NCBI GenBank assembly: GCA_977017645.1
Contig: OZ360245.1
Span: forward strand, 5,704,001 to 5,768,000
DNA from: Torpedo marmorata
Taxonomy: Eukaryota
Reading direction: 5' to 3'
DNA length: 64,000 bases
The position numbers and the translations under genes were made by a program. The notes below the pieces were generated by a model. It was not told the DNA's origin. It ran no database searches and saw only the letters and a program-made list of their open reading frames with translations. Below, one piece after another: positions 39,191 through 49,714 of this stretch. Numbering within the stretch: position 1 is the stretch's first letter; every line of letters starts with the position of its first letter.

Positions 39191-39769
39191 TACTTCCCAG
39201 AAGCCTCAGTGCCTTCATCTTTGAAGGACAAGCAGCAACACCACTTCAGTTTCAGCATCAAACTTAGAAAATACACAAGTGTTTCTAATGTGCAGACGCA
39301 CAGGATGAGTTATAAAACAAACACACACACACACAGACACAGAAATACTAACAGAAATGCATAAACTATGACAGATGCAGAGACTCAGTCAGTGCTTCAT
39401 GCCCATAAAAATTGCTCTGAAAAATACAGGCAGTTGCCGTAGAGCAGCAAATTTGTGCAAAACAGAATTGCGGAGCAGTTGACTTCACATGCTTCAAGCT
39501 TCAAACACAGCCCATTGTAGAAATCCTTATCCTTGCATTGGTATCTTCTGTTTTTATGACTTGGTAATGGTTTCTTTATTAATTAACTGGACTAGTAACT
39601 CAGAATCCTAGTCTAACAATCCATGGACATCAGTTCAAATCACACTGTGACATCAGAAGTACTTAAATTCAGATTAATAATCTGGGTTTTAAAAATAACA
39701 AGTCTGAGTAATGATAAAAACTAACAGATTGCGGTAGAAACCTCATGTGCAGGCAGATCTTTTGATGGT

Positions 39770-39945
39770 CCCAGTGTAGTTATGGTTCAGGGGCCTGATA
39801 GCTGTTGGGGAAAAAAACTGTTCATGAACCCTGAGGTGCTGGACTTCAGGCTTCTGTATCTTCTGCCTGAAGGTAGCAGAGCAAATAGATTGCGACCAGG
39901 GTGATGGGGTCCCTTTGGGATGTTGGCTGCCTTCTTGAGGTTGCT
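39770..39945 (-). mobile_element. Rex1/Babar-like LINE fragment
   Basis: KKAANIPKGPHHPGRNLFALLPSGRRYRSLK...NSFFP motif. Confidence 0.8.
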
Positions 39946-41446
39946 GTTAAACCATTCAGTTGTACTGCAACAGAGAAGGATAAATCTGAGTGTGCCAACC
40001 AGCATTATTCTGGGCAATTTTTCATGCCAATAGATTTCAGAGATAGTTTGGGGAGATTTCTGTTGTAGATGTGCTGGAAAATGGGAATGTTTGAATGTGG
40101 CCGTGGATATGTGAGCACCGTATGAAGCCAGTATTTGTTGTTCAAGTACAACTGTGTCGAAAACTTGTGAAACAGGATGGATGAGCGTTTTGTGGATTAG
40201 CTTGTGAAACAGTTGGTGTTCGAATGGGTAGGCATAAATCACCAGTGAACATAAATCTCTATCTAATTAGGCAATTGTGTGTAGCTGGTGTGTGCATGCA
40301 GTGTGTAAATATTGTGTCACCAGTGTGTGAATGCCTTCAATGACAAATGACAGGAATTCCACACATAAGTTCGAATGTATTGCACAGAATGTGTGAATAT
40401 TATATTTCAATATTTATGTGGTCTGTAAAAATAATGTGTAAAAACATTTGCTCCTGATGAAAACAGGAGCAAAAATGCAAGAGTACAGTACTTACATCAA
40501 CAACAGAATCCAACACGTTGCAGTTATGAAATTGCATTAATAATAGCATGTTACGTTTCTTGTGCAAATTATTGCACAGATATGCCTAAATAGTGGCGTA
40601 TGACGGTTTGGAATTTCAGAATGTGAGTAAAACCAGACGGACAAGTGCGTAAATAGTGCGCGTCACGTGTGAGTGCACAGAGAAGTCTGCGTGAGCGTGC
40701 AATGCGGATCACCGGCACACGATTGCCCGAGAAGTGTGTGGGAGCGCGCAAGTGCTGCACCTTTTGACTTGGTTCACTGTTCTCGGTCACAGTGTTATCC
40801 AAACAGACACGTTCTTAACAATTGGTTGTGTGGGCGCTGGAGCCTGCGGGCGGTGGCCACTTCGGTTCCTGCCGACCGACAGGTCGGGCAACGCGCTGAC
40901 TGCCGACTGCACTCGGGGTCGACTCGCAGTCAGATAAGGCGAACTCCCCTCCACCCCCGCCCCGCTCTGGCTGGGAACTGAGCGGAATTCGGACGTCCAG
41001 ACGAGCAAACCCTTTTGTCCGCGACCGACCCCCCACCTCTGCTTCTGCCTGACGCCTCGCTGGCGGTCGCCGGCTGCGGACAATAGCGAAGGTTCTGCTC
41101 CCGGAGAGCGTGGCTTCCTAATTGGATGCACTTTCAGAAGCTTGGGCTCCCAGCCACGACCATTGGCCATTGTTTCCTCCTGGTCGCGGCTCAAACCAAT
41201 CACCTTCAATCAGAGATCAATCGGCCTGAAATGGTTATTGATTCTCAGTCCAGACACTCCAATTAAAACCACATGTCTCTTTTCATTTTATCGACCACAG
41301 GCAGGTATGTGTTTTAGGGAGTGGCTGGTAATGAGGTAGAAGGGGGATTATTCATCGTTCTCGTGCAGTTCAGTTGGGGAAATGTTGGTTGAGCGGACAG
41401 CCTTCCAGCTCTGGGTCATTAGGTACAGCGGCGGAGCTGCCAGCCT

Positions 41447-42377
41447 TTACGACTGTTTCCCGGGGACGCACACAGTCAGAACTGCTGGAAGACCATCAAC
41501 TCGGTGAAAGACTGCCCCAAACCTATTGGTCTTTCAGCACAGGCAGATGTCGGTGAGGGAATGCTGCCGACTGGCGTATTCCAGGCTGCAGGAGTATAGA
41601 CAATAGGTGCAGGAGTAGGCCATTCGGCCCTTCGAGCCAGCACCGCCATTCACTTTGATCATGGCTGATCATCCACAATCAGTACCCCGTTCCTGCCTTC
41701 TCCCCATATCCCTTCACTCCGCTATCTTTAAGAGCTCTATCTCTTTCTTGAAAGCATCCAGAGAATTGGCCTCCACTGCCTTCTGAGGCAGAGCATTCCA
41801 CAGATCCACAACTCTCTGGGTGAAAAAGTTTTTCCTCAACTCCGTTCTAAATGGCCTACCCCTTATTCTTAAACTGTGGCCTCTGGTTCTGGACTCCCCC
41901 AACATCGGGAAAATGTTTCCTGCCTCTAGCGTGTCCAATCCCTTAATAATCTTATATGTTTCAATCAGATCCCCTCTCATCCTTCTAAATTCCAGTGTAT
42001 ACAAGCCCAGTCCCGCCATCCCGGGAATCAACCTCGTGAACCTGCGCTGCACTCCCCCAATAGCAAGAAAGCAGTGCTGAGGGACGCACTGAGGCTTGGC
42101 GCAGCCAACGCGAGGGCGCTGTGGGGAAGGACCACAGTCTAGAGTCCTCCCGATACCGGGTATTGAGGGGCTGAGACTGAGGAGATGCCCCTCACACAAC
42201 AGAGGGGGGAGTAAGGACAAGATGCTACAGTGGTGGTAATAGTGTAAATAGAAATGAACGTAACAATGTACAGTGATGGAAATGTATGGATACGAAACTA
42301 AGGGTGGGAAGAGACTTTGAACAGCTTTCCTTTTGTAAATAATTTATTCTGAATAAAGTCTATTTTTGGTTAAAAAA
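41447..42377 (+). mobile_element. Tx1-clade LINE 3' end, interrupted by a CR1 fragment
   Basis: LFPGTHT...CWKTINSVKD...NLLVFQ...ECCRLAYSRLQEY | VLRDALRLGAANARALWGRTTV*, then a 3' UTR with AATAAA and an A-tail. Confidence 0.75.
41596..42070 (-). mobile_element. CR1 3' fragment nested in the Tx1 element
   Basis: LAIGGVQRRFTRLIPGMAG...TRGHSLRIRGRPF...FFTQRVV; CTATTGTCTA tail like family A. Confidence 0.92.
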
Positions 42378-43512
42378 TCTTCGTTCAGATGAGACTGTCA
42401 AGTCAGTCTACAAGTGTCGACTTTGGTACCCCAAAAATCCTGCCCTGCTTGGAAGAAGTGAAGCAAGAACACACCTAGTGGGACCTGAGGAGGGCAACTT
42501 TTTCCACTCAGAGGGTGGTTCTAAGAGGTGACTTTAGAAGTGGGTACTTTCACAACATTCAGAAGACATTGGGACAGATACATGGATAGGAAGAGTTTAG
42601 GACATGGGCCAAATGTAAGCAAATGGGACGTCCAGAATGCTAACTTGGTCGGCTGGATGAGTTAGGCCGTGATGCATGACTCCAGTGTTCAGTCAAAGAT
42701 GCCACTTGACAAAACATCTGGTGATCAATCTCACACCTGTTTTGCGATCTTGCATCATGAACCTCTCCGTTGCGAAGTATTTTAATGATGCCATCAAGGA
42801 GTCAGAGAACGAAACATTCGGCCCATCATGCCCGTACTGGATCTTCGAGGGAGTACCCATTTAGTCGCTGACCCCTTGAGTTCTTCATTCACCAGGACCT
42901 TCAGAAATCCCTGAAAATTATTTAACGAATCACTTCCACTTTTTGCAGTGGAGTGGTTCAAATCCCAGCGACTCTCCCAATGAAAGAACTCCCTCCGATC
43001 TTGTTGACCTCTGGTTACCAACCCACATATGAAGCAGTGATCCTTATTTCCAATTGATCTGTTAAAGTTACAGGAATAGTTATTGTCAAAGAAGGACAGA
43101 GAAGCAATTAACGTTCTGAATGTGCTTTAACTATGTGGGATCGGTTAGAAGAGTGTGCCCCTTCCTCTGTGAATTCCCGTTACTCCCTGGGTTCAGTAGG
43201 TGCTATGCACTCGAGTCTAGAACGTGAAGAGGGAACGGGACACCAGTGGAGAAATCTTCACATTGGTTTCCTCCACCCCCCCCCCCCCCCGAAATTTGAA
43301 TTTATTTCCATTGGCCCTCCGGCTTCTCGGCTCTGGATCTCAATCGATTGATGCCCCCACACCACCCCCCACCCCCCTTCCATCTGGAGTTTCTCGCGTC
43401 TGTGACCCACACATCAATGGATTGGGTGGTTCACAAGAACTGGGCTACGAAGGGTTTATGCAACTGGAGACCTCACACAAAACTCGGTTTCTCACTTCCT
43501 TCCAAAACTGTG

Positions 43513-43640
43513 GCCAGTGTGACTGGCCCTTGGTGTGCCGAGGTGCCAGTGTGACTGGCCCTTGGTGTGCCGAGGTGCCAGTGTGACTGGCCCTTGGTGT
43601 GCCGAGGTGCCAGTGTGACTGGCCCTTGGTGTGCCGAGGG
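43513..43640. repeat. Minisatellite, 4 x 32 bp GCCAGTGTGACTGGCCCTTGGTGTGCCGAGGT
   Basis: Four head-to-tail copies, identical except for the last base; no spacers. Confidence 0.97.
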
Positions 43641-43969
43641 AACATTTATCTGCTGCAATCTGATTGTGTTTATCAAAACGCTGCTAATTGGCCGGTGTTG
43701 TGTGATGAAAGTGGGGATTTTGGAGGAAAGTGACAGGGTCCAGGGACCGAGGGGACTCAGTGCGCAGAGTCACCTGCTGGTCAGCACCGGCATTTCTTGA
43801 AAACGAGAGAAAAAAATGGGGAAACAACGAAATCTATTATAATGTGACAGAACCAGTGTCTCAAACCAATCTATTAGGAATCCAGTAAATGAACAGGAAT
43901 CATGTACCATATCCAGCATTTCTAATGACGTCCAGGTTTAGAAACACATTACCAAGCATTTTAATAAAT

Positions 43970-44530
43970 AACAACACACAAAAATGCGGGAGGAACTCAG
44001 TGTAGTCTTGCTGCGTCAATAGGAAGTAAAGACATTACCAACATTTTGGGCTTGAGCCCTTCTTCAAAGATTATGCAAAGAACAGGAAGGTGTAAGAATA
44101 AAGACTGAAGACTGGCTGGGGGAGGAGTCCAGACCAACAAAAGATGTTAATTATACATGATAAGAGGAGAGGTGAGAATTGATTTTGGCTCTGTGAAAGG
44201 AGACAGAGGGAAAAGGGAAGAGAGAGAGAGAGATACAGAGGTGGGGGAAAGGCAACTGGGGCAAGAAGAAGGGGGGCAGTTTAACGGAAACTGGAGAAGT
44301 CGATGTCAATGCCATCCGGTTGGAGGGTGCCAGGCGGAAGATGAGGTGTTGTTCCTCCAATTTGCGGGTGGTCTCAGTCTGGCAGTGCATGGACAGACAT
44401 ATCAGCAAGGGTTCGGGACGGGGAATTGAAATTGGTGGCCACTGGGAGATCCACGCTATTGCGGCAGACAGAGCAGAGGTGCTCAACAAAGCGATCTCCC
44501 AGTCTGCACCCAGTCTCTCCGATAAATAAA
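43970..44530 (-). mobile_element. Penelope-like element 3' fragment (GIY-YIG C-terminus + terminal repeat)
   Basis: RKLEEQHLIFRL followed (frameshifted) by LQPDGIDIDF, then a pyrimidine tract and a degenerate hammerhead TTGAAGAAGGGCTCAAGCCCAAAATGTT. Confidence 0.8.
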
Positions 44531-44925
44531 ACTAACATAACCGATACAGTTGCATATGGTTAATCTGGACCTGGATTACAGGTCCTGTGTTTCCCAAAGT
44601 TCTTCTCTAAAGTTCTGGATTGACACAGCTGATACTGCCATCCAAAACCATCATTCAATTAAATACAACCTTTCAAAAGTCTCCCACTGCTGTGGTTTAA
44701 AATTTTAAGTTTATTTGTCACATCATGCTTGGTACAATGAGAAGGGTTCTTCTGTGAGCACTTTAACAGCCCAATTTTAACCTTCATATAGCTGGGGAAA
44801 ATACAGAGAATAGAGTTACAAAAAAAATAATCAATCAGAACAACCCAGAATTACTTCTCTGCCATCCCATGTGATGCTGCTTGTAATTAAGACCTGTTCA
44901 TCCATTATCCCCAGTCTCAGCCTTT

Positions 44926-45579
44926 TGCTGTGTGTGGAGGAAACGTGGCCTCCCTGCCTGTCTGGAATGTGTGGATTGCGGGTGGTCACGTGTCCTCCCC
45001 GTCTGAAACTTATTCGGAAGTCACATCACCTGTCAATCAAGGTTGGACTCCAGCCACCCATTAGTGCACACCTCGCCATTGGCTAATTTAAATCACCTAG
45101 GGTCATTATTGGCTAGAAGCACAGATTAGCACTGCATATTACACCAATGCACAGCACATTCTTCCTCTCTGCCTCGTGGCCAAAGCCCCGGACATTGCTC
45201 CACGCCAGGTCACTGCTGTGGACATCACTGGAAGTGTCGCGGGTAAGGTGTGCACTACACTGAAGCTGAGCCGTAGTACTGCGATAGATCAATACTTGCA
45301 GAGAGCCGCAACCCCGTTGGTCAGGGAACCGGGTGTGTGTAATAGTCCCTGTTTGTAGTGTGTGAGCGGGTCGAGTATAGGTTTACCGTTGTCAGAGTCC
45401 AACCGAAGTCTGAGGTGAATGTCTATATCATCGCTTGAGTGAAATAGTGATTGTGTACCATTTAACGTTCTCCCGTTTGTTTCCCATGTGTTAATAAAAG
45501 TTACGTGTGATCGTAACACTTGAGTCCAGACTTGTCTCTCTGCGAACCCACTGAACCTGATACTCTTCCCAACACGACA
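44926..45579 (+). mobile_element. Solo LTR (Gypsy or BEL type) with 5-bp TSD CCTTT
   Basis: TG...CA ends with imperfect inverted termini; CCTTT at 44921-44925 and 45580-45584; internal ATTGG boxes, TTTAAA and AATAAA near 45493; inserted in an L2-like remnant. Confidence 0.75.
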
Positions 45580-45873
45580 CCTTTCAACTTTAAAAGCATC
45601 ATCCATCATTTCTCATTCCTCTTGGGGCTCACCTCTCCTTGCCTTTATAACCTCCTGCAAAACTGCAAACCTTCAGGATCTCAATGCTCCTCCAACTCTG
45701 CTTTATTGCACCTCCTAAATTTTAAATTTTGAACCCACTCTCTTCCAACTAATGCCACCATCAAAGGTCGGTTTACCTCTCGTGGTCTCCACCCCATCAC
45801 AGGACTTCCCTTCTGCACTCTCTGCCCCTTCTGGCTTTCTTTGCAACTTCAATCTGTTGTTTCTGACTTTCCC

Positions 45874-45912
45874 CAGTTCTGATGAAAGCTCCTTGAGCTG
45901 AAATATTAACTG
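45874..45912 (+). ncRNA. Minimal type I hammerhead ribozyme motif in a Penelope terminal repeat
   Basis: CAGTT-CTGATGA-A-AGCTC/CTT/GAGCT-GAAA-TA-TT-AACTG: stems I and II pair and stem III is the palindrome AATATT. Confidence 0.65.
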
Positions 45913-46204
45913 TTTCTCTCTCTCCACCGATTCAGTCTGAGCAGCTGAGGTTTTTCAGCAATGCTCCATTTCTCTTAATTTTCAAAGCCATTTTCGATGA
46001 TTTGGGCATCTGCCTCATGGTTATTTCCTGAAATAGTCTCCATGCAAACAAGACAGAATTGTTACCTTTACTCCATATTTCAATATCAGGGATGGTACCC
46101 CGAAATTGAACTGGGAGCTCTCTACTAATCTTGTCTCTGAGTCAGAATGCCATGCAAAGTTCTACATCAAAGAACTGAGCACATAATCTGCACGTGCACG
46201 TGAC

Positions 46205-46592
46205 TAAGAACATAAGAAATAGGAGCAGAAGGAGGCTATCTGGCCTGTTAAGCCTGCTCTGCCATTCAGTAAGATCAAGCTCCACTTACCCACCCATCCC
46301 ACATAACCCTTAATTCCCCGATTATTTCAAAATATTTCTCTAAATACATTTAGATACATTAAATACATGTATTCCTAAATACATTTAATGATGTAATCTC
46401 TACTGCTTCATTTGGCAACACATTCCCTACTTTCTGGGAGAAGCAGTTCCTCCTCATCTTTGTCTTAAATCTAATCCACTGGATCTTGAGGCCATGTCCC
46501 TCAGTTCTCGTTTCTCCTGCCAGTGGAAACAACCCTGCTTCAATCTTATCCATTCCTTTCATAATTTTATATGTTTCTATTGGATCCCCCTC
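46205..46592 (-). mobile_element. CR1 3' fragment
   Basis: KGMDKIEAGLFPLAGETRTEGHGLKI; tail AAGAACATAAGAAATAGGAGCAG on the + strand. Confidence 0.8.
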
Positions 46593-46599
46593 TTATCCT

Positions 46600-49236
46600 T
46601 CATTGGAGGGCTCGTCCAGTGAGGCTATTTGGGTGGAATTGAGGAATGTGAAAGGCATGAAAACACTAATGGGCAGAGGGAATTAGAGGAGGAAATTTGT
46701 AAGGAGATAGAATATATGTGTAATAAGCATAAGGTGGTGATTATAGGTGATTTTAACTTTCCACATATTGACTGGGACGCCCATTCTGTAATAGGGCAGG
46801 ATGGGTTGGAGTTTGTCAAATGTGTTCAGGAAAGTTTTCTCAATCAATACATAGAAGAACCGACGAGAGAGGGGGCAGTATTGTATCTCCTATTTGGGAA
46901 CGAGATAGGTCAGGTGACAGAGGTTTGTGTTGGGGAACACTTTGGGTCTAGTGATCATAATACCATTAGTTTTAGGTTGATAATGGAGAAGGATAGGGCT
47001 GGGCCTAAGGTTGAGATTCTTGATTGGAATAAGGCAAATTTTGAGGAGATGAGGAAGGATTTAGAGGGTGTGGATTGGGATCATTTATTTTTAGGAAAGG
47101 ATGTCACAGATAAATGGAGGATATTCAAAGGGGAAATGTTGAGAGTACAGAGTCGGTTCGTCCCTGTGAGGATTAAAGGAAGAGTTAGAAAATATAGGGA
47201 GCCTTGGTTTTCAAAGGATATTGGGAATTTGGTTTGGAGGAAGAGGGATGTGTACAACAGGTATAGACAGCAGGGAATAGATGAGGTCCTTGAGGAATAT
47301 AAGGAGTGTAAAAAAAATCTTAAGAAAGAAATTAGAAAGGCTAAAAGGAGATATGAGACTGCTTTGGCAGGCAAGGTAAAAATAAATCCAAAGGGTTTCT
47401 ACAGGCACATTAAAAGCAAAAGAATAGTGAGGGATAAAATTGGGCCCATTGAAGATCAGACGGGTAGGCTATGTGAGAAGTCAGAGGAGATGGGGGAGAT
47501 TTTAAATGAATTTTTTTCTTCAGTATTTACAAAGGAAAGGAATATTGAGCCAGGTGAAGTAAGGCAATCTGGCAGGGAGGTCATGGATAATATAAAGATT
47601 AATGAGGAGGTAGTATTGGCTATTTTAAAGAGTATAAAGGTGGATAAATCTCCAGGTCCTGACAGGATATTCCCGAGGACCCTGAGGGAGGTTAGTGTAC
47701 AAATAGTGGGGGCTCTGACAGAAATATTTAAAATGTCACTGGCCACGGGGGAGGTGCCGGAGGATTGGAGGGTAGCTCATGTTGTCCCGCTGTTTAAGAA
47801 GGGCTCCAAAAGTAAACCTGGAAATTATAGGCCTGTGAGTCTGACATCGGTGGTGGGTAAATTAATGGAGAGTGTTCTTAGAGATGGTGTATACAGTTAT
47901 TTGGAAAGACAAGCATTGATTAGGAGTAGTCAACACGGTTTTGTTCGTGGTAGATCATGTTTGACAAATCTCAGAGTTTTTTGATGAGGTTACTAAGAGG
48001 GTTGACGAGGGTAAGGCTGTGGATGTTGTCTATATAGACTTTAGTAAGGCATTTGACAAGGTTCCGCATAAGAGGCTCGTTAGGAAGGTTCAAGCATTAG
48101 GTATTAAAGACTAAGTAGTGAAATGGATTCAACAATGGTTGGATAGGAGATGCCAGAGAGTAGTGGTGGAAAATTGTTTGTCAAATTGGAGGCCGGTGAC
48201 TAGTGGAGTGCCTCAGGGATCGGTACTGGGTCCATTGTTGTTTGTCATATATATTAATGATCTAGATGATAGGGTGGTAAATTGGATTAGTAAGTATGCA
48301 GATGATACGAAGATTGGTGGTGTTGTGAGTGAAGAAGGATATCAAAGCTTGCAGGGGGATATTGGACAGTTAGAAGAGTGGACGGAAACATGGCAGATGG
48401 AATTTAATACTGATAAATGTGAGGTGCTACATTTTGGTAGGATTAATCAGCAAAGGTCATACATGTTAAATGGAAGACAATTGAGAAGTGCAGAAGAACA
48501 GAGGGATTTAGGAATTCTGGTACATAATTCCCTGAAGGTTGAGTCACACGTAGATAGGGTGGTGAAGAAGGCATTTGGTATGTTGGCCTTCATAAATCAG
48601 AGTATTGAATATAGGAGTTGGGATGTCATGTTGAAGTTGTATAAGGCATTGGTGAGGCCAAATTTGGAATATTGTGTGCAGTTTTGGTCGCCGAATTACA
48701 GGAAGGATATAAACAGAATAGAGAGAGTGCAGAGGAGATTTACAAGAATGTTGCCTGGGTTTCTGGGTTTGAGTTACAGGGAAAGGTTGAACAGGCTGGG
48801 ACTTTATTCCCTGGAGCGTAGAAGGTTGAGGGGTGATTTGATAGAGGTATTTAAAATTATGAAGGGGAAAGATAGAGTCAACGTGGACAGGCTTTTTCCA
48901 TTGAGAGAGGGGAAGATTCAAACAAGAGGGCATGGATTGAGATTGAAGGGGGAAAAGTTTAGAGGAAACATGAGGGGGAATTTCTTCACTCAGAGGGTGG
49001 TGGGAGTGTGGAATGAGCTTCCGGCCGAAGTGGTGGATACAGGTTCAATTTTAATGTTTAAGGAAAAGTTGGATAGGTATATGGACGAGAGAGATGTGGA
49101 GGGTTATGGGCCGGGTGCGGGTCAGTGGGACTAGGTGAGAGAATGTATTCGGCATGGACTCGAACGGCCGAACTGGCCTGTTTCTGTGCTGTAAATGATA
49201 TATGATATATATATATATATATGATATATGGTTATA
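46600..49236 (+). mobile_element. CR1 LINE family B, long ORF2 copy (APE + RT) with a frameshift near 47975 and a stop near 48112
   Basis: IGDFN, SDH, KSPGPD, QHGF, GVPQGSVLGP, YADD; (ATATGGTT/TA)-type tail. Confidence 0.96.
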
Positions 49237-49714
49237 GTCCCAGGGTACGAAGGGAGTGTTGCATTGTTAGAAGAGCTCCATGTACCGTGCTTCTTTTCTT
49301 TCTATAAATTTCAGCAGCAAGAAAAGGCTTAAAAATAATATTTTTATGGGAAAATACTAGAGTATGTTAAAGAAATTGTTTTCTTTTAGTAGCGCAGCTG
49401 CAAGACGTGAGAACCAAGGCCGCGCTGTTCTCGAAACTTGTGCTAGATGTTTTGCTGAAGTCTGCAGATTACAGGTCACGTAAATAGTCGTGAACAGGGT
49501 GTAGAATGGGAAGCTAAACCATATAAACAGGCTTGTGCCCATTTGCGTATGGGCTTTCTTGCAGCAAGACCCTGTTGTAAGTTACAACAGGTATTCTTGT
49601 GTAACAGAGCACCCGCTTTGCAAATATAATAAAGTTGTGTTGTACTCGCATTATCTGTCGTACACTTCTTTATATTTGATCGAAATTAACAGAAGAGCAC
49701 CTTGTATTCCATCT

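Noticed and set aside
43513-43640. CRISPR-like array of palindromic 32-bp repeats, or iron-responsive elements (CAGUGU)
   Set aside because: There are no spacers or cas genes and the context is eukaryotic. The bases flanking CAGTGT do not form the IRE upper stem.
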